Below are positions 45,101 to 53,513 of a stretch of 64,000 nt of DNA, piece after piece. The position numbers were made by a program, and so were the translations under genes. The stretch spans positions 14,952-78,951 of the forward strand of contig JAZQTA010000057.1 in NCBI GenBank assembly GCA_045630385.1, read 5' to 3'. The notes beneath the pieces were generated by a model that was not told the DNA's origin, ran no database searches, and saw only the letters and a list, made by a program, of their open reading frames with translations. Origin of the DNA: Eubacteriales bacterium. GTDB lineage: Bacteria; Bacillota; Clostridia; Oscillospirales; CAG-272. Positions within the stretch are counted from its first letter, which is position 1; the number at the start of each line of letters is the position of its first letter.

Positions 45101-45665
45101 GGAGCAGCACGGATATATCGACGGCGTCGGCTACGAGCTGTACGTGCGCCTGCTCTCCGAGGCGGTGCTGGAGGAGCAAGGAAAAACGCCCGAGCCGCCC
45201 TTTGAGGCAACGGTGGACTTCCCCATCGGCGCGCATATCAGCGACCGTTATATCGCATCCTCTGCAACGCGAATGGAAATGTATAAAAAGATCTCCCTGA
45301 TTGCAACCGAAGAGGACAGAATGGATATTATCGACGAATTTACCGACCGCTTCGGTGATCCGCCCAAGGAGGTCGCGGCGCTGACGAAGCTTGCGCTTCT
45401 GCGCGCGCTTGCGGAAAAATGCCGCATCAGGCGCACCGAGCAAAAGGATGGGCGCCTCATCTTCTCTCCCGAAGCACCGAATCTCGCCGCATGGTCCGAG
45501 GTATTCGAAAAAATTCCCGGATTGATGCTGCGCGGCGCGCCCACGCCAACGGTCAGCTACCGTCTTGCCAAGGGACAAAAAGGAGAGGATGAAGCCCTGA
45601 AGATCCTGCTTCTGTACCGTGAAGCAAGCCAAAATGAAACCCAAGGAGGAGTCACCCCACAATGA
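42114..45665 (+). CDS. mfd: Transcription-repair coupling factor
   Basis: The ORF is 1183 aa with a UvrB-like N-terminus, a CarD-like domain (GDYVVHANYGIGLF), and helicase motifs GDVGFGKTEVA, DEEQRFG and LTATPIPRT. Confidence 0.95.
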   Translation: MRITELIRCDREYKSVVLALGEQLRAEKPLPLVVNGLQGGASDAFITEIAEDGRKLSGAPVLLFAENDDVAERIAALLSRASLSVRVFKSRDLVFHSISASHDTERERLSVLSEICEGTVDAIVTTPSAALLHTMPKDQLLASSVSLSVGDEISPDHLQAKLSSLGFTAVDMVESAGQYARRGGILDVYADADQPPVRIEFFGDEIDRMESFDPETQRVSAPCPTLRILPAAEVPVTAEARAAIVKALERLKRNAADPEIAARLESELAVAKSDLPIPFRDRFLGLIYESPATLFSYFEDTRRPLVCLIGTAAADENIKRFCAHLEDERTALLSLGLTTERGARFAGTRQDLDAFLAAAVPLHLNPFSGGVNGRLGGLFGFRSRRTVAYGDNGAMLREDLMTFRKSLYRTLIVCENKSGAQSLKESLASDDIAAIPLYEQGNFDYNSLQNAGIYIAVDFLEEGFDLLMPKIAVLSMHKDLGRAVMANRRRQRILKKAGGAGQRLLSHADLSPGDYVVHANYGIGLFEGIQTVTAMGVTRDYITIRYAGTDKLFVPCDRLEMIGKYIGARDKDGKVKLSTMGGTDWSRTKARAKSAAKDIAKDLVELYARRQRTPGFAFPPDSEMEDEFASAFEYEPTACQMRAIEEIKADMQKAVPMNRLLCGDVGFGKTEVALRAAFKAILGGKQVAILVPTTILALQHYQTALSRMRGYPVQVEMLSRFCTPKQQEAILRKVKRGETDILIGTHKLLSKHLEFKDLGLLIIDEEQRFGVAQKEKLRKMAANVDTLTLTATPIPRTLNMAMNGIADMSILDEAPVDRRPVQTYVLEHDDVVIADAIRRELLRGGQILYLYNRVENIDLLAGKLMKAFPEARIAYAHGQMEREELEDIWQMLVRGEIDLLVCTTIIETGIDLPSANTLIIENADRMGLAQLHQIRGRVGRGCRQAYAYFTYRPGKVLSEISEKRLSTIRAYAEFGAGFQIALRDLEIRGAGNLLGAEQHGYIDGVGYELYVRLLSEAVLEEQGKTPEPPFEATVDFPIGAHISDRYIASSATRMEMYKKISLIATEEDRMDIIDEFTDRFGDPPKEVAALTKLALLRALAEKCRIRRTEQKDGRLIFSPEAPNLAAWSEVFEKIPGLMLRGAPTPTVSYRLAKGQKGEDEALKILLLYREASQNETQGGVTPQ

Positions 45666-46873
45666 AGGAAGCAAGCAGAGCTCCTGCGAGCTCACATTTT
45701 TTAAGAAATCTGATCGTCGGCTTCAGCGCGGCGCTGACCGCGCTCGGTATCGTGCTCGGAACGGTCAGCATCCTGACGAATACCAAAACCTACGCGCGCT
45801 ATAGCGGCACGATCGCCGACAAAGCGGCGTATTCCTACCTCGCAAGCAACTATAAATTCAATTTCTGCCGTTCCCTCACTGCCGAGGGGATCGAGATAAA
45901 CGAGGCTTTTTGGGAGAAAAAGCCCAAGGATAGCGACAAAACCTACGGCGAGCTTCTTGAAAGCGGCACGAAGGAATATATCTCGCGCATCCTTGTAGCC
46001 GCCGCGCTCTTTGACGATGCCGCAACCGCCGCAGAGAAAAGAGAGGCCAAGGCGAAAGCAAAAAAAGCAGCCGAGGAGCTTCTCACCTACCGTGCGGGCG
46101 GTGATAAAAAGGTCTTCGATGAAATGACCGCGCCGTATGGCTACGCCTATGCGGATCTTGCGGACATCGCGCTTCTTCTTTACAAGGCAGCGACGGCGCA
46201 ATCGCTTTTCTACGGTGTCGGCGGTGCGAACGTAACCGAGCGACTTGAGGACTGCAACCTCTATCTTGAGGAAAACTACTCCGCCGCATATCTTTTCGCG
46301 ATCCGCACCGAATCCACCTTTATTTACACCGAGGATGAAAACGGAACGCCTATATACGAGTTGGACGGAAGCGGCGCATACGCCACGCGTCCGCTCCGTG
46401 AGGAAGAGATCGAGAGGCGCGATGCCTTGATCGCAAGTATAGATGCCGAAATCGCGAGTGGAAACCCAAGGCTTCCTTATTTCAAGGACGAAATGAAAAA
46501 GCATTACGCTATAGCCCCCGAGGGTAACAGCACGCTCTATTATTTTTCGGACAACGCCGCCTACACAAAAAACTTTATCAAGGAAAACGGTGAAAGCATC
46601 ACCGAGGCCTTGAAGAGCATGGCTGTCGGCGAATTCAAAAAGGTGACCTACAAGCACGGCGTTTGCTATATATACAAAAATAAAGTTGAGGAAAATGCCT
46701 TCGGCGTGACGGATTACAAGGGATTTTTCTCCGATTTCTACCAAAACGCGGCAGACTCCATGTTTGCCGAGGACGTGGGAATTCTGATAGAGGACGCCAT
46801 TTTTAAGGCGCGCGTATCCTCGATCCCGCTGACGACCATTCCCTACAAAGATATCATTCCTGTGAGGTTCTGA
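45662..46873 (+). CDS. Membrane-anchored PrsA/SurA-like protein (degenerate foldase-like), function uncertain
   Basis: The ORF is 403 aa with a single N-terminal TM segment (LIVGFSAALTALGIVLGTVSIL). It occupies the position after mfd that is often taken by prsA-like genes. A parvulin domain is not clearly recognisable. Confidence 0.45.
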   Translation: MKEASRAPASSHFLRNLIVGFSAALTALGIVLGTVSILTNTKTYARYSGTIADKAAYSYLASNYKFNFCRSLTAEGIEINEAFWEKKPKDSDKTYGELLESGTKEYISRILVAAALFDDAATAAEKREAKAKAKKAAEELLTYRAGGDKKVFDEMTAPYGYAYADLADIALLLYKAATAQSLFYGVGGANVTERLEDCNLYLEENYSAAYLFAIRTESTFIYTEDENGTPIYELDGSGAYATRPLREEEIERRDALIASIDAEIASGNPRLPYFKDEMKKHYAIAPEGNSTLYYFSDNAAYTKNFIKENGESITEALKSMAVGEFKKVTYKHGVCYIYKNKVEENAFGVTDYKGFFSDFYQNAADSMFAEDVGILIEDAIFKARVSSIPLTTIPYKDIIPVRF

Positions 46874-46876
46874 CCG

Positions 46877-47809
46877 ATGAAAACATTTCTTGTGGCGCTT
46901 GGTGCCGTTGCCGTTTTGCTTGCGACAGCCGTTCCCGGCTACGTTCTGAAAAAGAAAAACATGGTGAGCGAGGACACGATGCCTGCGCTCTCCAAGATCC
47001 TACTTTATATCTGTACTCCCTGCCTCAGCATTTACACCTTTAAAAACGCGACCTTCTCGATGCAAATGCTTGGAAACATTCTCATCTTCGCCCTGCTTGC
47101 CCTGATCGTGCAGATCCTCATGCTCGGCATTGCCTATCTGCTCTTCCGCAGAAAAATGAAAAATCCCCTCTACCGTATCATGACGATCGCCTGCTCGCTC
47201 GGAAACTGTGCCTTCTTCGGCATTCCGATCCTCGAGGCGCTCTATCCCGAAACCGCCTCCGGTCTATTGATCTACACCTCGGTTTACGCCATTATCATGA
47301 ACGTGATCGGATGGACGCTCGGCGCGGCGATCATATCGCAAAATCTGAAATACGTCAGCGCAAAAAAGGTGTTTTTGAACCCCGCCATGTTCGCTCTCGT
47401 GCTCGCGATCCCCTTCTTTATCTTCGAGATCCCGCTTCCCGAAAGTGTGGACAGCATGGTTTCCTTGCTTGGAAGAATGGCGACGCCGATCTCCATGCTG
47501 ATCATGGGCATGCGCCTCGCAACCACGGACTTCAAGCGGATGTTTACAACGAAGCAGGTTTACCTTTCCATTTCGATGAAGCAATTCCTCATGCCGCTAA
47601 TCTGCCTTTTGATGGTTGCCTTTCTTCCTGTGGACAGCGGAATGAAGGCAGTGCTCTATATCATCTGCTGCTGCCCCGTGGCAAGCGTGGTGCTGAACTT
47701 CTCGGAGATTCTCGGCGAGGGGCAAAGAGAAGCCGCCGCCACCGTGCTTCTCAGCACGATATTAAGCATCGCAACGCTCCCTATTATGACCCTTCTGATT
47801 CCCGCATAA
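46877..47809 (+). CDS. AEC (auxin efflux carrier) family transporter
   Basis: The ORF is 310 aa with about 10 TM segments in a typical AEC layout. Confidence 0.75.
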   Translation: MKTFLVALGAVAVLLATAVPGYVLKKKNMVSEDTMPALSKILLYICTPCLSIYTFKNATFSMQMLGNILIFALLALIVQILMLGIAYLLFRRKMKNPLYRIMTIACSLGNCAFFGIPILEALYPETASGLLIYTSVYAIIMNVIGWTLGAAIISQNLKYVSAKKVFLNPAMFALVLAIPFFIFEIPLPESVDSMVSLLGRMATPISMLIMGMRLATTDFKRMFTTKQVYLSISMKQFLMPLICLLMVAFLPVDSGMKAVLYIICCCPVASVVLNFSEILGEGQREAAATVLLSTILSIATLPIMTLLIPA

Positions 47810-47830
47810 ATCACCGTGCAACGCACGGTG

Positions 47831-47925
47831 TATATCATCCGCGAAGCGGTATATCATCCGCGCCACGCGCGGCATATCATCAGCCCTTGTGGCTGTATAT
47901 CATCCGCGAAGCGGCAGATCATTTC
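47831..47925 (+). repeat. Array of four (plus one partial) 'TATATCATC + short GC hairpin' modules in the 3' UTR
   Basis: The units start at 47831, 47850, 47873 and 47896, with a partial unit at 47915. The conserved 9-mer (T/C)ATATCATC is followed by the stems CCGC-GAA-GCGG, CCGCGC-CAC-GCGCGG, CAGCC-CTTGT-GGCTG and CCGC-GAA-GCGG. Confidence 0.8.
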
Positions 47926-47928
47926 TTC

Positions 47929-47968
47929 AAAAAAATCCGCGCAACATTTCTGTTGCGCGGATTTTTTC
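47929..47968. terminator. Bidirectional intrinsic terminator
   Basis: AAAAAATCCGCGCAACA TTTC TGTTGCGCGGATTTTTT, located between convergent genes. Confidence 0.85.
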
Positions 47969-47999
47969 CATTTTATTTTCTAATTCAGCTTTTACCGAA

Positions 48000-49985
48000 T
48001 TAGTCGGGAAGCATGGTGTTACCGTTGTTGAAGAGGTTCTTCATTGCAGCTTCCTTGGTATCCTTCAAGGAGCTATAGTAAGCGGAGATGGTTGCACCCA
48101 TCTGATAGTGCTTTCTATCGAAGATATCGTGCCACTTCAGCTCGATGAACTTCTTCTGACCATCGTCGGGCGTGGTAACGAGAGTACCGTTATCGAACAG
48201 AGCGGAGGAATCCTCGTATGCCTTGTCGAAACCGGTGATCAGGCTGTCACGGAGAAGGTCAAGCATTTCTTTGTTTGCCTCAAGAAGTGCGGTATCGGTA
48301 GAACCACCGCCTACAACGGAGTAAAGAAGCTCCTGGTTGTAGTAGGTTTCCTTAACACCCTCGGAGTGCGTGGACTGATAGTTCAGGAATGCGGAGCACT
48401 CAGCGAACTTCTCGGTCTTTACAGAGATCGCACCGATACGGCCGATGTTATGGATCTGCGTGGAGTAAATATCATTGGTTGCTTCGTTGTAAGCCGTGTA
48501 AAGCGGAACGGGAACAACAAGGAAGCCCTTGCCGCCTTGAGTCTTCATGTTCTGGTAATCCTGATACTCAAGAGAACCAAGCATGATAACGCCGCCGAAG
48601 AGAACCTTATTGGTGGTGAACTGCTCGCGGATGTAAAGCAGGTTGTTGGAAAGACCGCCCTTATCATCCTTCGTGAAACGAACAACGCCGGGCTTTTGCA
48701 TAAGGTTATCCAGCGCAGAAGCGAAGTCGAGAAGCTTCTGGTTGGTCTCCGCGTAGCTGTAGGGAGAGTTGGTTCCGTCAGCAACGAAGGTGTTACCTGC
48801 AACCTTTCTCGCATCCGTCAGAAGACGAACGGAGGTGGTATAAAGAATACCGGCAGCAGACAGAGAGTGCTCGCCGATCGCAAAGCCCTTCTTATCAGAC
48901 TGAACGGTCGCATCACCATAGTTTGCAGAGTAAGCGATCAGCTTGTCATAGGTCCACTCGTTTGCAGAAACCATTGCCGCGAAAGCAGCGGGCGTCTTGG
49001 GAAGGTCGGTATTAAGCTCCTCAAGCATGGTTACGTTTACGGGAACTACGTAGAATGCACGAACCAGGTCGATGAAGTAGTCAGATGCAACGAGGTACAT
49101 CTTGTCTTCCTTAATAGAAAGAGAAGTCATGTACTCGTACATGTAACCCTCGGAGTCACCCTTAGTAGCACCGTAGTTCTCATCCTTTGCAAATGCAAAG
49201 TAGTTGGTGAACTTCTCGGTCTTCAGGTTTGCGAAGCAGCCTGCAAGGTATGCGCCGATCAGGTCGTATACGAAGTTGCAGTACATATCCGAGAAGATAC
49301 CCTTATCTTGATCGGTCTGAATTCTGTTGAAGTTCTTGGACCAAGAGTAGTTGGGATCGTTATCGGGAAGGAACGTGTAGTTCACGGTCAGCTTCGTAGC
49401 CGCAAGTGCCTTTGCATTTCTATCGGCAGCAGCGATCTGCGTCAGAGAGGTCTTACCGGTGGACTGACCTGCCATCCAGTTCTGGCAGCCGGAGGGAAGC
49501 TCCTGGCCGTTGGAGTGGTTGGTCATCTCGAAGGTAAGGGTGCCGTTATCCCAAGGGAACTTGGTATCGTCCAGAAGGAACTTACAACCGTCGCAAAGAC
49601 CGTCCTGGTTGCCATCGGCATGCGCAGAAAGAGTGCAAGAGAATGCAGCGCCGCAGTAGTCGCACTTCTTATCCTCGTTTGCATCGGCACCGTGCTCGCA
49701 AGCAACAGCTTCCTTACAAATGTCGCACTTCTGGTCGTGGTTCTTATCAATGTGCGCAACGCACTTGAAATCGTCGCACCACTCGCAGTAACCGTCTGCA
49801 CCGTACTTGTGCGTGCAGGGTACGTCGGCCGTACAGCCGGCGTTGTCGCATTTCTGGTCATGGTTAGCATCCACGTGGCTGGTGCAGGTGGCTCCACCGC
49901 CGCCGCCGCCACCGCCGCCACAAGAGGCGAGCATGCCTACGGCCATGACAAGAACAAGCAACAAGCTCAAGATTCTTGTTTTCAT
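48000..49985 (-). CDS. Large solute-binding-protein-like lipoprotein with N-terminal H-x-D-x-N-x-D-x-x-C-D-x-C repeats
   Basis: This is track ORF 48000..50084, trimmed to MKTRILSLLLVLVMAVGMLASCGGGGGGGGG (lipobox plus Gly9, RBS GGAG). The body of about 520 aa resembles large family-1 extracellular solute-binding proteins. No permease or ATPase genes are adjacent. Confidence 0.7.
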   Translation of the reverse strand: MKTRILSLLLVLVMAVGMLASCGGGGGGGGGATCTSHVDANHDQKCDNAGCTADVPCTHKYGADGYCEWCDDFKCVAHIDKNHDQKCDICKEAVACEHGADANEDKKCDYCGAAFSCTLSAHADGNQDGLCDGCKFLLDDTKFPWDNGTLTFEMTNHSNGQELPSGCQNWMAGQSTGKTSLTQIAAADRNAKALAATKLTVNYTFLPDNDPNYSWSKNFNRIQTDQDKGIFSDMYCNFVYDLIGAYLAGCFANLKTEKFTNYFAFAKDENYGATKGDSEGYMYEYMTSLSIKEDKMYLVASDYFIDLVRAFYVVPVNVTMLEELNTDLPKTPAAFAAMVSANEWTYDKLIAYSANYGDATVQSDKKGFAIGEHSLSAAGILYTTSVRLLTDARKVAGNTFVADGTNSPYSYAETNQKLLDFASALDNLMQKPGVVRFTKDDKGGLSNNLLYIREQFTTNKVLFGGVIMLGSLEYQDYQNMKTQGGKGFLVVPVPLYTAYNEATNDIYSTQIHNIGRIGAISVKTEKFAECSAFLNYQSTHSEGVKETYYNQELLYSVVGGGSTDTALLEANKEMLDLLRDSLITGFDKAYEDSSALFDNGTLVTTPDDGQKKFIELKWHDIFDRKHYQMGATISAYYSSLKDTKEAAMKNLFNNGNTMLPD

Positions 49986-50119
49986 GTTTTTTCTCCTTTT
50001 TTTGCCTAAAATTTTATTTTTACGGACATCCGCTCGGCACGCGGAGCCGCTTCGCCGAATAAGCATCAACGGGCGGTTGCCCATTGAGGGCCATCCGACA
50101 ATGCCATTAGGTCGGTATT

Positions 50120-50148
50120 AATATATCATAGAAAGAGAAAGAAGTCAA
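50120..50148 (-). promoter_or_regulatory. Promoter of the 48000..49985 gene
   Basis: On the minus strand: TTGACT (50148-50143), a 17-nt spacer, and the extended -10 TGATATATT ending at 50120. This leaves a leader of about 125 nt. Confidence 0.6.
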
Positions 50149-50223
50149 GACTTAACTCTAATTTCATTCTCACTTTCTACTTTTTATCTAAAAATTCTTC
50201 ACATTATTTGTGCATCTTTTCCT

Positions 50224-50997
50224 TTACGCGATTAAAAAATCCATTGCGAGCATCAAGCAGAACCCTATGAGAAGCGCGTACGTAGCGCCGCGCTCGCTCC
50301 CGTGCGCATGCGTCTCGGGAATCATTTCATCGCTGATCACGTAAAGCATCGTTCCGCCGGCAAAAGCCAGCGCAAAGGGGAGAACGGCCTCGGAAAGGCT
50401 GACCGCGAAAAAGCCGATGAAGGTTCCGATCACCTCGATCGCACCCGTACCGGCGGCGATCAAAAAGGTTTTTTTCGGCGAAACGCCCGCCGCAAGCATC
50501 GGCGCAATGATCACCATGCCCTCGGGAATATTCTGCAAGGCAATTCCGAGCGAAACGGAGAGCGCACCGCCGACGTCTCCCGTGCCGAAGCTGACACCTG
50601 CCGCAATCCCCTCCGGCAAATTATGTATCGCAATAGCCAGCACAAAAAGAAGCACTTTATCAATACGATGGCTTTGAACACCGCAGCTCTTGCCGCGCTT
50701 TTCCGCCATGGAGTGCAGATGCGGCACCCACAGATCCACAAGATGCAGGCACACAGCGCCCGCCATCAAGCCGAGGAGCACCGTGGCAAGCGTGCCTATG
50801 CCACCGCCCTCAAGCGCAGGAAGAATCAAACCGATTACAGCAGCACACAGCATCACACCCGCAGCAAATCCCAGCACGATATCGCTGAAGGCGTGCGAGA
50901 TCCTTTTAAAGAGAAAGCCCAATATCGCTCCCACGAGCGTGGCACCGCCAACGCCGAGCGCCGTTAAGGCGAGTGCCGTCAAAAGTTCACTGTTCAT
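50224..50997 (-). CDS. zupT: ZIP family metal (zinc) transporter
   Basis: The ORF is 257 aa and multi-TM. It has the HNLPEGIA and QNIPEGM motifs characteristic of ZupT. Confidence 0.8.
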   Translation of the reverse strand: MNSELLTALALTALGVGGATLVGAILGFLFKRISHAFSDIVLGFAAGVMLCAAVIGLILPALEGGGIGTLATVLLGLMAGAVCLHLVDLWVPHLHSMAEKRGKSCGVQSHRIDKVLLFVLAIAIHNLPEGIAAGVSFGTGDVGGALSVSLGIALQNIPEGMVIIAPMLAAGVSPKKTFLIAAGTGAIEVIGTFIGFFAVSLSEAVLPFALAFAGGTMLYVISDEMIPETHAHGSERGATYALLIGFCLMLAMDFLIA

Positions 50998-51352
50998 TCA
51001 CAAACCTCTCCTAAAATATAATTATACACCGATTGCGAGCACAGGCACTCCGCAAATCCGCGCACTGTAATTCCATTATATACTCCGACACGAAAAATGT
51101 CAACGGAGTTTTCATTTTTTTCATCCGATTCGCGCAAAATCGTTTCGCAACGAAAAAGAAAAAACTTTACCGAAAAAACGTCATCTCGCTAAAACTAATT
51201 TCGCGAATCGATTTTTTCAAAAACCACAAAAACGCGTTTTTGTAAACATAAGTTTTAATAATCAAGAAAAAACGAGCATTCATTGATTATGAAGCCCGTT
51301 TTTTCAATCGCTGTTTTTCTTAAAATCAGATTCACGTTTTGCAAACAATTGT

Positions 51353-51583
51353 TTACTGTTCTTTGAGCAAGCCGTCGGCCGCAGCCTTAGAAAGGCGTTT
51401 GATATCTTCCTTCGGATATTTGGACTTTCGGCCGCCGTTCACATAAAGGAAATACGCGCCGTCCGCCATTCTGTAAACGCACTCCTCGTAGCCCTCCGCA
51501 TCGCCGGGTGCGCCGAAGGTGTTCTTCTTCAGAAGCTGTGCCGTCTCGGTATCGTATTCCTTTTTGCAGATGATCTTTTTCAT
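51353..51583 (-). CDS. Small hypothetical protein (76 aa)
   Basis: It has a good RBS (GGAGAG) and a non-repetitive, balanced composition (MKKIICKKEYDTETAQLLKK...). No function is recognisable. Confidence 0.6.
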   Translation of the reverse strand: MKKIICKKEYDTETAQLLKKNTFGAPGDAEGYEECVYRMADGAYFLYVNGGRKSKYPKEDIKRLSKAAADGLLKEQ

Positions 51584-51670
51584 ATCTTCTCTCCTCTATA
51601 AGCAGATTTTGCTCTGCTATTTTTTGCAAATCGGGGAGAATTTATGCAGGGCGCGCCGCTTTGGTATAGT

Positions 51671-52687
51671 TTACCCGAGCACCGCTCTCATCCGCGCCGT
51701 AAGCCTCTCGGCGATCTGCGCAATGCCGTACACCGAGGGATGCACGCCGTCGGTCGAGATACCGCGCATATCCCCGAGCAAGGAATCGCCGGGAATATAA
51801 GTCACGTTCTTATAGCCCATCGCCGCCACGGCTTCCCGAATGCTTTCGCGCCATGCGACGGCACGGCCTCTGCCGCTGTAATCGTCATCGGAATAAAAAG
51901 GAGAGATCACAAAGATCGGCTTTTCGGGATTTTCGCCCGCAATTTTCCTAAGCGTATTTTCCACGCGCTCTCTACGAAGTGCGGCATCGAAGGACATAAC
52001 GTTGATGCCAAGCTCCAGCACCGCCACGTCCCAAGCGCCCGCCTTGCCGATCTCGCCAAGATAGGAAACCGTGCTATCCTCCATACAGCAGCTGCCCGCA
52101 AGCCCCTTATTGAGCTTATCCATGGAAAGCGCGTGTGCCACCCAGGAGGTCCATGAATTGGAATCGTTCAAGGAATTGGAGCCGTGGGTAATGGACGAGC
52201 CGTAGAAAAGGATCGTCTTTTTCGGCGTATCCCCCTCTGCGGGCGGAGCGATCTCGCCCTCCACATCCAGGATCTCAAAGCGTCCTCGGTCAAACACGAT
52301 GCGGATCAGCTGAGGATTCCAGGGTAGCGAAAAATCCTTATGCATACGGTCGATCAGTGCTTGCTCCTTGCGCTCGATGACGATCTCTCTTCCGTCGGGC
52401 GAAGTAGTCTTTCCCTCGTGATCGTACCAGCCGCCCTGCAGGCCGCCGCGAAAAATATGAAAATGCCCGATACCCGTGCTTCGTATCTTCAAGGTCACCT
52501 TATCCGAGAGCATCACAAAGCGAAGCTCCACGCCGCTCGAGTTCCCTGCCTGCACGCGCGCTCCATCTCTCTCGAAGCCCTTGCAAACGTCCATGGGATA
52601 GCGCATCCAGATCGCGCCGCCCATCTCGCCCGAAAGAAGCTCGGCCGCATTGTGAACCTCCATATTCTTATAGATCATCTGTTCCAT
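51671..52687 (-). CDS. SGNH/GDSL hydrolase with N-terminal beta domain
   Basis: This is track ORF 51671..52720, trimmed to MEQMIYKNM (RBS GGAGG). It carries block I ILFYGSSITHGS and a late DGVHPS block. Confidence 0.75.
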   Translation of the reverse strand: MEQMIYKNMEVHNAAELLSGEMGGAIWMRYPMDVCKGFERDGARVQAGNSSGVELRFVMLSDKVTLKIRSTGIGHFHIFRGGLQGGWYDHEGKTTSPDGREIVIERKEQALIDRMHKDFSLPWNPQLIRIVFDRGRFEILDVEGEIAPPAEGDTPKKTILFYGSSITHGSNSLNDSNSWTSWVAHALSMDKLNKGLAGSCCMEDSTVSYLGEIGKAGAWDVAVLELGINVMSFDAALRRERVENTLRKIAGENPEKPIFVISPFYSDDDYSGRGRAVAWRESIREAVAAMGYKNVTYIPGDSLLGDMRGISTDGVHPSVYGIAQIAERLTARMRAVLG

Positions 52688-52775
52688 CTTCTTATCCTCC
52701 CAATCATTTTCAAATTTCAAAAAATGGTAAAAAACAAATTCCTTGATTATCCCTTTTAGCGAAAAATATAATTTT

Positions 52776-53504
52776 TTATGGTTTCTTCATTTCAAAAACG
52801 CCGTTTTCGTCAATGCAAACGTCCACCTCGTCTATGTGGCATTGCAGATACGCCGAGCGCGTCCCCCGCTTTGCTCGGTTGCAGAGAAAAACCGTTTTCT
52901 CGGCGTTTTTCAGCATCGCCGAGCGCACCAGCACCTCCTCGCGTGAAAGATCCGAGATCACCCCATCCTCCGAAAGCGAGCGCGCCGAAAAGAAGGCGAT
53001 ATCCGCTCGCACGCGCGAAAACGCCGCCGCCGCATCCTCACCGACAAGGCAGCTCCGATTTTCAGGGCAAAGCGCGCCGCCGCTGCCATACACCTTCGCA
53101 GGGCTTTTGGCGAGAAGCGAAAGGATCTCTATATTGTTCGTCACGAAGGTGAGGCTTCGGTTCTCCATCAGTGCCTCGGCAAGATAAAAGGCGCTGGAGG
53201 ATTGGTCGAGAAAAATAATATCCCCGTTCTTCACGAGCTGCCTTGCGTGCTCCGCCATTCGTCTTTTCTCGTCCGCGAATTGCACCGTGCGGGAGGAAAA
53301 GGCAATGCCGCCCGAAGGATTTGCATTGCGCTCCGCGCCGCCGTGGCTGCGGCGGATCAGCCCCTGTGCCTCCAGGGCGCGCAGATCGCGGCGAATGCTG
53401 GATTCGCTGGTAAAAAGCGCATCACAAAGGCTTCGCACGGTGGCAAAGCCGCCCTTCTTTTCGATGATACGCAAGATTTCTCTTTCTCTCTCGGTTTTCA
53501 GCAT
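52776..53504 (-). CDS. DeoR/GlpR family transcriptional regulator
   Basis: The ORF is 242 aa with an N-terminal wHTH (REILRIIEKKGGFATVRSLCDALFTSESSIRRDL) and a DeoR C-terminal sensor domain. Confidence 0.9.
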   Translation of the reverse strand: MLKTEREREILRIIEKKGGFATVRSLCDALFTSESSIRRDLRALEAQGLIRRSHGGAERNANPSGGIAFSSRTVQFADEKRRMAEHARQLVKNGDIIFLDQSSSAFYLAEALMENRSLTFVTNNIEILSLLAKSPAKVYGSGGALCPENRSCLVGEDAAAAFSRVRADIAFFSARSLSEDGVISDLSREEVLVRSAMLKNAEKTVFLCNRAKRGTRSAYLQCHIDEVDVCIDENGVFEMKKP

Positions 53505-53513
53505 CTCTTCTCC

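Noticed and set aside
47889-50009. 706-aa plus-strand ORF.
   Set aside because: It is antisense to the solute-binding-like lipoprotein gene, which has a promoter, RBS, lipobox and SBP-like body. The start of the plus ORF also overlaps a terminator.
50998-51060. Possible Zur box upstream of the ZIP transporter gene.
   Set aside because: Only a short AT palindrome (TATAATTATA) is present, and it doubles as a -10-like element. This is not a convincing match to the Firmicute Zur consensus.
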